From an uncultured Acidobacteriota bacterium (GTDB lineage Bacteria > Acidobacteriota > UBA6911), in NCBI GenBank assembly GCA_963809485.1, contig CAWEJX010000004.1, positions 224,001 to 288,000 of the forward strand: a DNA stretch of 64,000 nucleotides, written 5' to 3'. Below the pieces are notes generated by a model. The model saw nothing but the letters and a program-made list of their open reading frames with translations. It made no database searches and was not told the origin of the DNA. The translations under genes and the position numbers were made by a program. Of this stretch, positions 21,261 to 32,024 are shown in pieces (position 1 is the first letter of the stretch; each line of letters begins with the position of its first letter).

Positions 21261-24200
21261 ATGAAAAGGTCCCTCGTTGCTTCGTTTCTCATAACAGCAT
21301 TTCTGCTGATTCTCCAGACGAGCCATTCTTTTGCCCAGTCGGGCAATGTTGTCATCACTTCCGACACGACCTGGCCTTCAGGCACATATAATCTAAGCAG
21401 CCTGAAGGTTACCAATAATGCAAGGCTGCTTTTGCAGGGCGCCGATACAACGGGCAAGGTGGGCGGCCTGTGGCAGGGCAAGGGAGTGACGATTGTCTCC
21501 GCGAGCATAGAAGTTGATCCCGGCAGTTCAATTAGCGCCGACGGACAGGGTTACACTGGAGGAGCGACAGCTCATCCGGGTAATGGCCCCGGCGGCGGTT
21601 GCGGGACTGATCTATATGACAGTGCAGGAGGAAGCTATGGCGGCTTGGGATGGGGGCCTGCGTCCTGCCCTCCAGGACCGGTTTACGGATCCGCTCTGAC
21701 GCCGGCCGATCCCGGTTCGGGCGGCGGCGGCACCACGACCACCTCCGGAGGCGGTGGCTATGGTGATCATGTTGGCGGCGACGGCGGCGGAGCCATACGC
21801 CTGATCGTCAGCGGCACGCTCACGAACAATGGAACAATTTCTGCCAACGGAACGAGTGGCATCGGGCTTTGGCCCCCGGGTCTCGACAACTATGCCGGCG
21901 GGGGCTCGGGCGGCTCCATCTGGGTGACCGCAGGCGTTCTGACGGGTTCCGGCAATTTCACAGCGAATGGCGCGCCCCGGTATTGGGGCGCGCCAACCTG
22001 GCCTTCGGGCGGCGGCGGGCGCATCGCTGTCTACTACGGTGCTGACGGCTCTTTTACCGGATTCGACTCCTCCACAGCCAACGGGGCGCCTGCAGCCCAA
22101 CAGGGCACCGTTGCTTTCATAGACTCGAGTCAGAATGACCTTCTAGTAACCGGAGCACAGCGCTTCATTTACAGCCAGGATTCGGCAATCACCTTTCATA
22201 ACATAACCGTAAGAGGCGGCGCCAGTTTGACGGTTGGCGGCAATTCAACAATTACCGTTACCGGCACCATCCTGGTTACAGAAAATTCAAAGATCATTCT
22301 CGAGGGTAAGAACAGGAATGCATCAACAGGCGGCCTGGGCGTGACGGTTACGGCTGCCAACGTCCAGGTGGACTCCGGCAGCTCAATCAATGCGAACGGG
22401 CAGGGCTACACCGGCGGAGCGACAGGGCAGCCGGGGAACGGCCCGGGGGGCGGTTGCGGGACTCTTGGATTTGACAGTGCAGGAGGAAGCTATGGCGGCC
22501 GCGGCTATGGCACCCCTACCTGCAGCTCCGGACCGACCTATGGATCGGCCCAATATCCAACCGACTTTGGTTCAGGCGGCGGCGGCACGACTACCACCTC
22601 CGGAGGCAGTGGCACTGGTGATCATGTCGGCGGCGACGGCGGGGGGGCCATTCGTATGATCGTTACCGGAACAATCCTCAACAACGGTGCGATTTCCGCC
22701 AATGGCAGCAGCGGCCTTGCACTTTGGCCTCCAAGCCTTGACTGCTACGCCGGTGGCGGCTCGGGCGGTTCTCTCTGGATAACCGTGGGGACTCTATCGG
22801 GTTCCGGTGTGTTCTCGGCCGATGGCGGACCCCGATATTGGGGCGCGCCAACCGATCCTTCGGGCGGCGGCGGCAGAGTCGCCATCTATTACTCAAGCAA
22901 TACGTTTGGCGGGGCAATAACGGCTGACAAAGGAAGCGCCGGATCAGAGGATGGGACAGTCAACCTGGTTTCTACAATAGTCAACATCACCATCCGCACG
23001 AATCCGTCGGGACGCAGCTTCACCGTAGATGGAACGGGCTACAGCAGCACCCAGACATTCAATTGGGAAATGGGCAGCAATCACTCCATTTCAACGTCAT
23101 CCCTGCAGGCAGGTGCGACCGGAACACGCTATGTTTTTACCAATTGGTCGGACGGAGGCGCCCTGAGCCACAGTATTACGGCTCCCGAAAGCACGACTAC
23201 CTACACTGCAACCTTTAAGACTCAATACCGGCTAACGACCACCCCATCCCCCACAGCCGGCGGCACGATTGCGGCGTCACCCTCCTCATCCGATGGATAC
23301 TACGACAGCGGCACCTCCGTGCAACTGACTGCCACGGCAAACAGCGGCTATGCGTTCGCCAACTGGTCGGGCGACTTGAGCGGAACCACAAATCCGCAAA
23401 ACGCGACTCTCAGCGCACCCCGGTCCGTAACCGCCAACTTCAACGCCGTGGTCATGACATCGATAACAATCGGCACGAACCCGGAAGGCCGCAGTTTCAC
23501 AGTAGATGGCACGGCCTATACAAACACTCAGACCTTTTCATGGGAGGAGGGCAGTGTTCACACAATCGCGACCTCAACTCCGCAGGCCGGGTTGACGGGT
23601 ACGCGATACCGATTTGCAAACTGGTCGGATGGCGGCAGCCTGAGTCACAGCGTCACGACGCCCGGCAGCGCAAGGACATACACCGCCAATTTCACGACCC
23701 AGTATCAGTTGACCGTTTTGGCCACCCCTCTGGTGGGCGGATCTGTCGCTGCGACACCCGCATCGGCAGACGGTTTCTATGACAGTGGCACATCCGTGCA
23801 ACTGACCGCTTCATCCAATAGCGGTTTCGCCTTCTCAGACTGGTCGGGGGATTTGAGCGGAACTGCAAATCCGCAGAGCTTGATTCTCAGTGCACCCCGG
23901 TCCGTAACGGCCAACTTCAGCGCCCTGGCCGGCGTAGCGGTTATCGTTTCCACGAATCCGGCCGGGCGCAGCTTCACAGTGGATGGAGTGGCATACACGA
24001 CGACCCAGAATTTCATTTGGACAGAGGGAAGCAGTCACACGATTTCCACAACCTCGCCTCAAACGAGCTCCGGGACGCGATACCAGTTTGCTGCCTGGAG
24101 CGATGGGGGAGCAATCAGCCACTCAATCAATGTTCCCGCTACAACAACCACTTACACGGCCGGTTTTACGGTTCAGTATAGGCTGACCACATCGGCTTCA

Positions 24201-25847
24201 CCTGCCAACGGAGGGCATGTAAATGCAAACCCGGCTTCATCGGACGGATATTATGCCTCCGGAACCGCAGTGCAGTTGACAGCCGGAGAAAACAGCGGCT
24301 ATTTCTTTTCAAGCTGGAGCGGCGACTTGTCGGGGATGGCGAATCCCCAAACGGTGACGATGTCAGTTCCTCGCAGCATTACCGCGAATTTCATGCCCAA
24401 AGGTGTTTCGGTGAACCTTACTTTGAGTCGCGGAGCCGCGGCAGCTGCCGGCACTGCAGGGACTGGCGAAGCGGTCCGGGTTGGTTACTCGACGCTGACG
24501 CTGAATTCAGGCGTCGATCCATACGGAACGGCCGTGTTCAGCTTTATGCAGTCCGGAATAACCGTTACGGAGGCGGGCGTTCCTGCATCTCCTCCCACGA
24601 CTCGAGCACGGATCTTTATTGACTACCGTGAGGCCGTGGATGCAGTGCCCGGGCGAAGTGGCTCCGGAATAATTGACATCAACACCGGTATCGTTGTCGT
24701 CAATTACGGCTCGGCCGCCGCCAACGCCACCTATACCTTGCGCGACATGGAAGGCACCATCATCGCGACCGGCCATGGAGAACCATTGAATCCGGGAAAT
24801 CATTTCGCCTGCTTCATCCATGAATTAAAGGACAGGGCCGCACCGGATTTCAATCTCCCTCCGGATTTCCAAAACACGACTCAATTCGGCTCTCTCGAAA
24901 TTGCCAGCGACCAGCCGGTATCGGTGCTGGGTTTGCGCGGGACTTATAACCAGAGAGACGAATTTCTCATCACAACCACGCCAGTAGCCGATCTGATTCA
25001 GCCCTTCATCAACAGCTCCATATATTTTCCTCAGTTTGTCGATGGCGGCGGATACACCACGTCGCTGATTCTTCTGAATACATCCGGCGTGACCGAAACG
25101 GGCAGCCTTCAAATCATGGACAAATTTGGTGCTCCTTTTGTTGTCCAGCAGGCCGGCGGCGCGGCCGGTTCATCCTTCATGTATTCGATCCAGCCCCACG
25201 GCGTTTACCGATTCCAGACGGACGGATCCCCCACGGATGTCAAGGCGGGATGGGTGCGGCTGACGCCTGATTCAGGCAAATCCACGCCTGTCGGTTCGGG
25301 GGTATTCGGATTTAACCCGCTAAACATCCTGGTATCGGAATCCGGCATTCCTTCAGCGGTTTCCACCACTCACGCCCGTGTTTATGTGGATCTTTCGGGC
25401 AAGCACAATACGGGTCTGGCGATCGCAAACACTGCAGATACGAGCGCCGAAATCGCGCTTAAGGCATATCAAAGCGACGGTGTCACGGAAATAGGCGCCA
25501 GCCAGGACATTCCTCCGCTGGATGCCCACGGGCACACTGCGGCATTCGCCAACGAGTTTATCTCGGGACTGCCCGCCGGATTCAACGGTGTGCTGGACAT
25601 CAGTTCGACCGCACCCTTTGCGGCCCTGACGCTGCGTTCCCTATACAACGAGCGTGATGATTTCCTGATGACGACATTCCCGGTTGCGGATGCGAATAGG
25701 CCCGCTCCGAGTCCGATAGTATTTCCCCAAATTGTCGATGGGGGAGGCTATATAACGCAATTTTTCTTCATCAGCCCAAGCGGGGAATCGAGCGCAACTC
25801 TCCATTTCCGGGATGAAGAAGGGGAGCCGATGCCAGTGGGGAGATAA
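21261..25847 (+). CDS. Large secreted repeat protein: two Gly-rich repeats, three tandem ~159-aa units (InlB-B/bacterial-repeat type) and a C-terminal beta-rich region
   Basis: Signal peptide; duplicated GGSYGG...GGGSGGS...GGGGR blocks; TNP.GRSFTVDG...F..WSGDLSG..NP...SVTANF three times at a 477-nt period; FPQ.VDGGGY.T motifs. Confidence 0.8.
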   Translation: MKRSLVASFLITAFLLILQTSHSFAQSGNVVITSDTTWPSGTYNLSSLKVTNNARLLLQGADTTGKVGGLWQGKGVTIVSASIEVDPGSSISADGQGYTGGATAHPGNGPGGGCGTDLYDSAGGSYGGLGWGPASCPPGPVYGSALTPADPGSGGGGTTTTSGGGGYGDHVGGDGGGAIRLIVSGTLTNNGTISANGTSGIGLWPPGLDNYAGGGSGGSIWVTAGVLTGSGNFTANGAPRYWGAPTWPSGGGGRIAVYYGADGSFTGFDSSTANGAPAAQQGTVAFIDSSQNDLLVTGAQRFIYSQDSAITFHNITVRGGASLTVGGNSTITVTGTILVTENSKIILEGKNRNASTGGLGVTVTAANVQVDSGSSINANGQGYTGGATGQPGNGPGGGCGTLGFDSAGGSYGGRGYGTPTCSSGPTYGSAQYPTDFGSGGGGTTTTSGGSGTGDHVGGDGGGAIRMIVTGTILNNGAISANGSSGLALWPPSLDCYAGGGSGGSLWITVGTLSGSGVFSADGGPRYWGAPTDPSGGGGRVAIYYSSNTFGGAITADKGSAGSEDGTVNLVSTIVNITIRTNPSGRSFTVDGTGYSSTQTFNWEMGSNHSISTSSLQAGATGTRYVFTNWSDGGALSHSITAPESTTTYTATFKTQYRLTTTPSPTAGGTIAASPSSSDGYYDSGTSVQLTATANSGYAFANWSGDLSGTTNPQNATLSAPRSVTANFNAVVMTSITIGTNPEGRSFTVDGTAYTNTQTFSWEEGSVHTIATSTPQAGLTGTRYRFANWSDGGSLSHSVTTPGSARTYTANFTTQYQLTVLATPLVGGSVAATPASADGFYDSGTSVQLTASSNSGFAFSDWSGDLSGTANPQSLILSAPRSVTANFSALAGVAVIVSTNPAGRSFTVDGVAYTTTQNFIWTEGSSHTISTTSPQTSSGTRYQFAAWSDGGAISHSINVPATTTTYTAGFTVQYRLTTSASPANGGHVNANPASSDGYYASGTAVQLTAGENSGYFFSSWSGDLSGMANPQTVTMSVPRSITANFMPKGVSVNLTLSRGAAAAAGTAGTGEAVRVGYSTLTLNSGVDPYGTAVFSFMQSGITVTEAGVPASPPTTRARIFIDYREAVDAVPGRSGSGIIDINTGIVVVNYGSAAANATYTLRDMEGTIIATGHGEPLNPGNHFACFIHELKDRAAPDFNLPPDFQNTTQFGSLEIASDQPVSVLGLRGTYNQRDEFLITTTPVADLIQPFINSSIYFPQFVDGGGYTTSLILLNTSGVTETGSLQIMDKFGAPFVVQQAGGAAGSSFMYSIQPHGVYRFQTDGSPTDVKAGWVRLTPDSGKSTPVGSGVFGFNPLNILVSESGIPSAVSTTHARVYVDLSGKHNTGLAIANTADTSAEIALKAYQSDGVTEIGASQDIPPLDAHGHTAAFANEFISGLPAGFNGVLDISSTAPFAALTLRSLYNERDDFLMTTFPVADANRPAPSPIVFPQIVDGGGYITQFFFISPSGESSATLHFRDEEGEPMPVGR

Positions 25848-25891
25848 GCTGTCTTTGGACCTTATGCTTTGACTTTATCTTCATGTAACTG

Positions 25892-25980
25892 TCAGCGTTC
25901 AGCAGCGCCTTTGTCATAGACGTACGTCAGCGTTACATGATACCCGGGCTGCCAGACTCTACGAGTCCTCCCGAAAAGCT
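25892..25980. repeat. TCAGCG repeat plus partial IS200/IS605-like end
   Basis: tcagcgttcagcagcgcctttgtc...gtcagcgtta, then tgccagactctacgagtcctccc. Confidence 0.6.
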
Positions 25981-26113
25981 CAATTTATGTCTGTTTGGCG
26001 CTCATGCCTGAAGCGTCCTCGGATAATGCGGATTTCGTGGACAGCGAGATCGGGTTTAGAGCATTCTATTGCCAGAATCCGTAAAGAATTATCGACGCAA
26101 AAGGAGAAAATAC

Positions 26114-27310
26114 ATGGCCGGCCCCTATGAGGAGCTGAACAGGATTTTTGGTCCGCGCAACGTGCTGAACGACTCGAAAATCCTCGAGGCTTGCTCCAAA
26201 GATGAAAGCTTTTCCCAGCCGCTGAAACCGCATTACGTCGTCAAAGCCCAGAATGCAGCCCAGATCCAGGAGCTTGTGCAATGGGCGAACCGGACCCTGA
26301 CCCCCCTGGTGCCCGTAAGCTCCGGCCCCCCGCATTTTCGCGGGGACACGGTTCCCGGCGCCCCGGGCGCGATCATAGTCGACCTGAGCGCAATGAAGAA
26401 AATTGTTCATGTGGACAGGCGAAACCGGATGATCCTGATCGAGCCCGGCATCACCTATGCCCAGCTTCAGCCGGAGCTGGAAAAACACGGATTGCGGTTG
26501 TCTTCGCCGCTGGCTCCCCGCGCAAATAAATCCGTGATCGGGGCGCTGCTGGAAAGAGAACCGATAACAATCCCTCGATTGCAGTGGTCGATGCTGGATC
26601 CGTTGAGATGCACGGAAGTCATATGGGGCGATGGGCAAAGAATGACAACGGGCGAAGCCGCAGGCACGGATGCTTTGGAGACGGAATGGGCGAGACACCG
26701 TGCGCAGGTGATCCCGATGGGGCCGGGACAGACTAATTTCTATAAATTCACCTCGGCAGCTCAGGGCAGCATGGGCATCGTTACCTGGGCTTCCGTCAAA
26801 TGCGAGGTACTGCCCCAGGTCCATAAGCTCTTTTTGGTGCGGGCACCGGAACTGGCGGATCTCCTGGATCTGACCTATTCAATACTCAGAATCCGTTTTG
26901 GCGATGAACTCTTGATCATGAACAACTGGAATTTCGCCATGCTGCTTGGGAAAAATCCCGGCAGCATCGGCGCTCTCGCTGAAAATCTGCCTCGATGGGT
27001 CCTCATGGTAGGGATCGCAGGGAGGGACAGGCTGCCCGCGGAGAGAGTGGCCTACCAGCAAAAGGACATTTCCGCATTGGCTCAGAAACACGGTCTGCAG
27101 CTTCTACCGGAAGTCCCGGGGGTCGGGATGGAAAGGCAAAACGCGCTGTGCCGTGGGCGCGACGGCAAGGAGGTGCCCAGGGAGCGGAGGGAAGTTGCCT
27201 ATGCGGCATCCCCTCAGGCGCACGTATTCCGATACCAGCAGAAGATCCGGGAAGCCTTCAATCCCAACGATCTGGGCGACTCCTACTACGTTACTCTGGG
27301 TTCGCCCTGA
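26114..27310 (+). CDS. FAD-binding oxidoreductase (VAO/PCMH-type), possibly internally deleted near 27130
   Basis: PVSSG, IIVDLSAM, IEPGITY, QGSMGIVTW; C-terminal KIREAFNPND follows an abrupt non-homologous-looking stretch. Confidence 0.75.
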   Translation: MAGPYEELNRIFGPRNVLNDSKILEACSKDESFSQPLKPHYVVKAQNAAQIQELVQWANRTLTPLVPVSSGPPHFRGDTVPGAPGAIIVDLSAMKKIVHVDRRNRMILIEPGITYAQLQPELEKHGLRLSSPLAPRANKSVIGALLEREPITIPRLQWSMLDPLRCTEVIWGDGQRMTTGEAAGTDALETEWARHRAQVIPMGPGQTNFYKFTSAAQGSMGIVTWASVKCEVLPQVHKLFLVRAPELADLLDLTYSILRIRFGDELLIMNNWNFAMLLGKNPGSIGALAENLPRWVLMVGIAGRDRLPAERVAYQQKDISALAQKHGLQLLPEVPGVGMERQNALCRGRDGKEVPRERREVAYAASPQAHVFRYQQKIREAFNPNDLGDSYYVTLGSP

Positions 27311-27411
27311 TTGCCGGATGAGTCGGCCAGGAATATGCGGTTCCCGCCACAAAGGCGTGTCCACCGCTCCGTGAATCTATCCGGCGGAGAATCCGCGAAG
27401 TCGGCGCCAAT

Positions 27412-27804
27412 ATGAAAGTCAGCGGCGTCACCCTACCGTCGCGAACCTATATGAGCAACAAGCTTGTTCCCGGATGCAACGTCTATGTGGAATATTCGTG
27501 GATCTATCAAATGCCCGAACCTGAGCTCGTTGTGCCCTCCGTTCATTCCCACCCCTACGAACAGGTTACCCTCATGATCGGCTCCGATCCTCAAAATCCC
27601 GAAAATCTCGGAGCAGCGGTAGAGAACTACCTGGGCGGGGAAAGAATGATCAGCGATAGGACCAATGCCATTTATATCCCAAAGGGAGTGGAGCACGGCC
27701 GTGTATGCTGGAAGAGCTTTGATAGACCGCATCTGCTGATGTCCATCACTCTGGGCACCGGCGACTTTGAAAAAGCCAACCCGGGCGGATACAGCAAAAA
27801 ATAG
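27412..27804 (+). CDS. Cupin-like hypothetical protein (paralog of 2504 and 52437)
   Basis: VHSHPYEQ..MIGSDPQNPENLGA...YIPKGVEHG. Confidence 0.7.
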   Translation: MKVSGVTLPSRTYMSNKLVPGCNVYVEYSWIYQMPEPELVVPSVHSHPYEQVTLMIGSDPQNPENLGAAVENYLGGERMISDRTNAIYIPKGVEHGRVCWKSFDRPHLLMSITLGTGDFEKANPGGYSKK

Positions 27805-27831
27805 GACTTTCCCGGCGACTTGACCATCAGC

Positions 27832-29766
27832 TCATACGGCCATGGCCGCATCAAATGCGCTGGTTGTGGCGTTCCACACGGTGCCGGACTTTCCATTGCT
27901 GTTTCCAACCACATAACACTCGGAAACCGCGGTCTTCAACTGGTTGATCGCTTCGGTGTTGACTTTGATCCCAAGCGAGAGGATTACGGTGTCGAAGACC
28001 AGTCCTTCTTCCCTCCCATCCTTGACGACTATGGCGTAATCCCGCGTTACATCAACCAGCTTCGTGTGGGTCCTCAAGTCAAGGTTGAGTTCGGCCAATG
28101 TATTAAAAAGCGCATAGGCATTGATGGGTGAAGAACCCGATCCAAGCTCCTCTTTGGGCAGCAAATCAATCAAGGTCACTTTTTTGCCCGATTGCAGAAA
28201 CCTCAACGCGGCTTCGCAGCCGGTCAAGCCGGCGCCTGCGATCAGAATATTTTCGCCAATCCGGACATCGCCGCTGTCGATGTCGCCAACCCATAGGACC
28301 TTTGATGTATCCTGACAGGTCAGTTCCGGAATAACAGGCACGCCTCCGATGGCCAGGATCAGCGCATCGGCGTTTTCATCGGCAATAAGCCCCGGCGTTG
28401 CTTCGGTATCGATTCGAACGCCGATATTTTTGGCTAGCTCGGTCATGCGAACAGACCAGTCAAGATAGCTCTTCAAATCGGCTTTATAGGGAGACCGGAC
28501 GGCTCTCCATAAAAGGCCTCCCAATTGAGGCGCTTTTTCAAACAGCACAACTTCGTGTCCGCGTCCGGCCAGAGTTCTTGCAGCTTCCAGACCGGCCGGC
28601 CCGCCCCCCACAACGACAACCTTTTTCTTCTTCCCGGGAGCCAGGCGGCACTCATAATCCATTTCCCGTCCAGCCAGCGGATTCACGGCGCATCTGGGCG
28701 GTTTTGATCCAAAATGGCTTCTGCTGATGCATGTATTGCATCGCACACAGGGACGGACGTCATTCTCTTGCCCACGTTCCAGCTTCCTTACAGTCTCCGG
28801 ATCGGCAATAAGCTGCCGGCACAAAGCGACCATATCCACTTTGCCCGAGGCAATTGCCTCTTCGGCCTGTTCCAGGGTTACGGCGCCGACAACGCTCACC
28901 GGGACATGCAGAGCTTTTTTGAACTGAGCCGCATAGTCGATATTGATCCCGTGATCCATGTAGGGCGGAGGGAAAATAAACGGAGTCAGCTTATTGATGG
29001 CCAGGTTGCCCCTGGAAACGTGCAGCAGGTCGATCTTATCCTGAATGGCTTTTGCGAACTCAATCACCTCCTGAATGTCCGGGGATCCGGGAACCATATC
29101 GATCGCGCTGATGCGGTACTCGATAGCCAACTTGTCGCCGACCTCGGCACGGATGGCATCCAGAATTTCCACGGCAAAGCGGCACCGGTTCTCGAAAGAC
29201 TGGGGACCATATTGATCGGTTCGCCGGTTAAACACTTTGGAAAAAAGCAGAGCGGGCAACTGGCAATGTGCCCCGTGGACCAGAACCATGTCTCCATCAG
29301 CCCTCAGAACGTTGCGCGCCGCTTTCGCGTAGTCCTGTATAAAATCCTGAAGCTCTCTCAGCGATAGGAGATTGCAGTCGATTTCCATTGGGATCCCCAC
29401 GGAACTCTCGACTTCATGAGTGCCGAAATAGGAAGCGATCGGAACCAGTTCAACGCAAGCTTTTGCCCCGTAGCGTTTGGCCGCTTCACACCATTCCGAC
29501 AGGGATGTGACGATCCAGTCGTCATTCAGCCCGACAATGTGGTGTGCCGCCGCGGGCAAAACTCTGTTGATAAAGCCGCTGCCCAAGGTAACCGTCGCCG
29601 CGCCGCCGCTGCTGAGAGGTTTGGAAGCCTCGATTTGCGCCCGCGTGATGTGGTTATCATAGGAAGCGAGGAAGTTATAGGTAGGAGCATTGGTAATGCG
29701 GTTCTTAAGAAGTAATTTCCCGATCTTAATGGGCTGAAACAGGTGCGGATATTTGCCGGGCAACAT
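27832..29766 (-). CDS. NADH:flavin oxidoreductase (old yellow enzyme / BaiCD-like) with 4Fe-4S and FAD domains
   Basis: YPHLFQPIKIG, VHGAH, NRRTDQYG, CVRCNTC...C, VVGGGPAGLEAA, GAGLTGCE. Confidence 0.9.
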   Translation of the reverse strand: MLPGKYPHLFQPIKIGKLLLKNRITNAPTYNFLASYDNHITRAQIEASKPLSSGGAATVTLGSGFINRVLPAAAHHIVGLNDDWIVTSLSEWCEAAKRYGAKACVELVPIASYFGTHEVESSVGIPMEIDCNLLSLRELQDFIQDYAKAARNVLRADGDMVLVHGAHCQLPALLFSKVFNRRTDQYGPQSFENRCRFAVEILDAIRAEVGDKLAIEYRISAIDMVPGSPDIQEVIEFAKAIQDKIDLLHVSRGNLAINKLTPFIFPPPYMDHGINIDYAAQFKKALHVPVSVVGAVTLEQAEEAIASGKVDMVALCRQLIADPETVRKLERGQENDVRPCVRCNTCISRSHFGSKPPRCAVNPLAGREMDYECRLAPGKKKKVVVVGGGPAGLEAARTLAGRGHEVVLFEKAPQLGGLLWRAVRSPYKADLKSYLDWSVRMTELAKNIGVRIDTEATPGLIADENADALILAIGGVPVIPELTCQDTSKVLWVGDIDSGDVRIGENILIAGAGLTGCEAALRFLQSGKKVTLIDLLPKEELGSGSSPINAYALFNTLAELNLDLRTHTKLVDVTRDYAIVVKDGREEGLVFDTVILSLGIKVNTEAINQLKTAVSECYVVGNSNGKSGTVWNATTSAFDAAMAV

Positions 29767-30009
29767 TTTTCCTCCCGCGAGTGTCATGGTTATCGAAAAC
29801 TGATTGTTCCATAGTCTTACAGGTGAAGCATGCCCCATTCTTTGAAATCGGCATCAGCCGGTTCCGGGCGCCGTCGCCATCCGTTCCATGTTGGGCTATC
29901 TCGGGAGGAAAGTCAAAAACCTATGACAAACGGGAGGCTTGACTTCAAATCCTTCAAGGCCGTTAAATGAGTTTCACCGGCTCTTGCACCCTAATCCTCG
30001 CATAGGTGG

Positions 30010-30050
30010 TCGGCGTTCATAGGCGTCTTTCTTGATTCATGTCGGCGTTA
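30010..30050. repeat. Degenerate TCAGCG repeat copy
   Basis: tcggcgttcataggcgtc...atgtcggcgtta. Confidence 0.5.
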
Positions 30051-30190
30051 CCTGCTTCTGGAGAGGGTAAAAGTCTGCGGGAAGGGCCGGGCAGGAAACC
30101 ACTTCCGATTGCCAAGTATCTTTGTTTGAGTGTATGTTCTTCACACGTCGCGATTTTTATTACTGAGTGAAAATTCGGAGGCTATAAAAC

Positions 30191-31462
30191 ATGACCCAAG
30201 AGACTCCTGGAAACAGTGCCGTGAAGGAATATGCCGAAAGAGATCAGAGGGTAAACGATGCCATAGCCATGAAGGTACCGGACCGCGTGCCGATCCAGTT
30301 GTTCGTCGGCTACTTCGCGGGCAGGTACTGCAACATCCCATTTTCATCCGCTTACTACGATGCTCCAAAATGGAGGGAGGCCAATATCCGGACCATAACA
30401 GAGCTTGCACCGGATGTTTACTGGGCACAGCCCGCCGCTGCTTCCGGGAAAGCACTCGAGGTCCTCAACCCGCTTAACATGAGGTGGCCGGGGTTCGGTG
30501 TGCCTCCGAACAGCAGTCACCAGATGATCGAGCTGGAGCCGATGAAGGCGGAGGATTATGACGCATTTTTTAGCGACCCCTCGGACTATATTGTGCGCAC
30601 CTACCTGCCCCGTGTCGTGGAATCAGCGGCGCCTTTGGCCAAGCTGCCCCCATTGCGGTCGCTGATGGGCGGCATGGGTATGGCATCCTATTTGACGGTG
30701 TTCACCCGGCCGGAAATGGCGGAAATGCTTGACAAATTCCGCAAGGCAGCGGAATTACAGGCAAAGTGGCAGACCCAGGAGATTTTCTTCGATGACGAAA
30801 TGGCGAGGCGTGGATTTCCCTGCTACACCACTCCAAGAATGATGGGAGGATCAGCCTTCGACATGGTTTCCGACTTTCTCCGCGGCATGCGCGGTGCAAT
30901 GCTGGATATGTATCGCGCTCCCGACAAGCTCCTTGAAATCTGCGATACGCTCTGCAACCAGACCGTGAAGACGATAAAGGCATTGCCTCCTCCTGCGGAA
31001 GGCAGTGTCAAAAGAGTTTTCATGGCACTTCACAGAGGTTCGGACGGATTCATGTCTCTGTCTCAATTCGAGAAATTCTACTGGCCCACTCTTAAAAAAG
31101 TCATATTGACTTTGATCGACGCCGGATGGACGCCCTGCCCATTCTTCGAAGGAACCTGGGACCAGCGCCTTGAATACATTCGAGAATTGCCCAAGGGATC
31201 CATCCTATGTCATTTCGCGAGGACTGACCCGGAAAAGGCAAAGGCCGTCCTGGGCGGACATCTTTGCTTTATGATTGACGTCCCCGGCAGTATTTTGCAG
31301 GCTTGCACCGTCTCAGAAGTCGAAGACTATTGCAGGAAGCTTATCCAGACATGCGGTAAAGACGGCGGCTTTATCATGACGGCCACAGCCCTGGACGAAG
31401 CCAAGCCGGAGAACGTGAAAGCTATGCTGGATGTTACCAGGAGCTACGGCAGGTATGTCTGA
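30191..31462 (+). CDS. Uroporphyrinogen decarboxylase / MtaA-CmuA family protein
   Basis: PDRVP, DFLRGM, FMSLSQFEKFYWP, GGFI, KPENVKAM. Confidence 0.85.
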   Translation: MTQETPGNSAVKEYAERDQRVNDAIAMKVPDRVPIQLFVGYFAGRYCNIPFSSAYYDAPKWREANIRTITELAPDVYWAQPAAASGKALEVLNPLNMRWPGFGVPPNSSHQMIELEPMKAEDYDAFFSDPSDYIVRTYLPRVVESAAPLAKLPPLRSLMGGMGMASYLTVFTRPEMAEMLDKFRKAAELQAKWQTQEIFFDDEMARRGFPCYTTPRMMGGSAFDMVSDFLRGMRGAMLDMYRAPDKLLEICDTLCNQTVKTIKALPPPAEGSVKRVFMALHRGSDGFMSLSQFEKFYWPTLKKVILTLIDAGWTPCPFFEGTWDQRLEYIRELPKGSILCHFARTDPEKAKAVLGGHLCFMIDVPGSILQACTVSEVEDYCRKLIQTCGKDGGFIMTATALDEAKPENVKAMLDVTRSYGRYV

Positions 31463-31477
31463 TCTCTGGTCCGATTA

Positions 31478-31625
31478 TCAACAGCCTGCGGCAAGGCCGG
31501 AGGCTGGATCGACTCCACCAACATGAAACGCTGACGCACGCTGACTTCCTCCCTATCATCAGCGTACGTCAGCGCTTTAGTCCGCGTAGGTCAGCGTTAC
31601 CAGATCCTGGAACTGTCAGACTCTG
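31478..31625. repeat. IS200-like hairpin plus inverted and direct TCAGCG units
   Basis: agcctgcggcaaggccggaggct; aacgctgacgcacgctga...tcagcgtacgtcagcgc...gtcagcgtta; ctgtcagactct. Confidence 0.65.
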
Positions 31626-31741
31626 CAACTTCAGATCTGACATACTCTCCCCAAAATTGGCAAAACCTGCAATCTATCGGACATGGGTGCGGACAAAAAC
31701 CTGTCCGCTTTTTTACGCAGGTAGCACCGATATCTCGCTCG

Positions 31742-31920
31742 GCCGCGTAGCGGCCCAGTGAATTTAGGCCGGCCTTTTAAGGCCGGCATTATGACCGATG
31801 CGCAGGATGCGTCGCGCCAGCGACGCTTGAATTCAACCGTCGCTGACGCGACGGATTCAATTTCAAATCGTTGTCCGGGCCTTGAAAGGCCCGGCTAAAA
31901 TCAAACTGCCGCTACGCGGC
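31742..31920. mobile_element. Palindromic REP/MITE-like element
   Basis: Perfect 13-bp terminal inverted repeat gccgcgtagcggc/gccgctacgcggc; subterminal hairpins; central near-palindrome cgtcgcgccagcgacgcttgaattcaaccgtcgctgacgcgacg. Confidence 0.7.
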
Positions 31921-32024
31921 AAACCCATGATGCGGCGTTGGGCATTTCGCTGAAAGGCGGACATATTTTCATAGGAGTACGTAGGAGTTCTGGACTTATT
32001 GCACGGAGCAGGACGATGGCTGAT

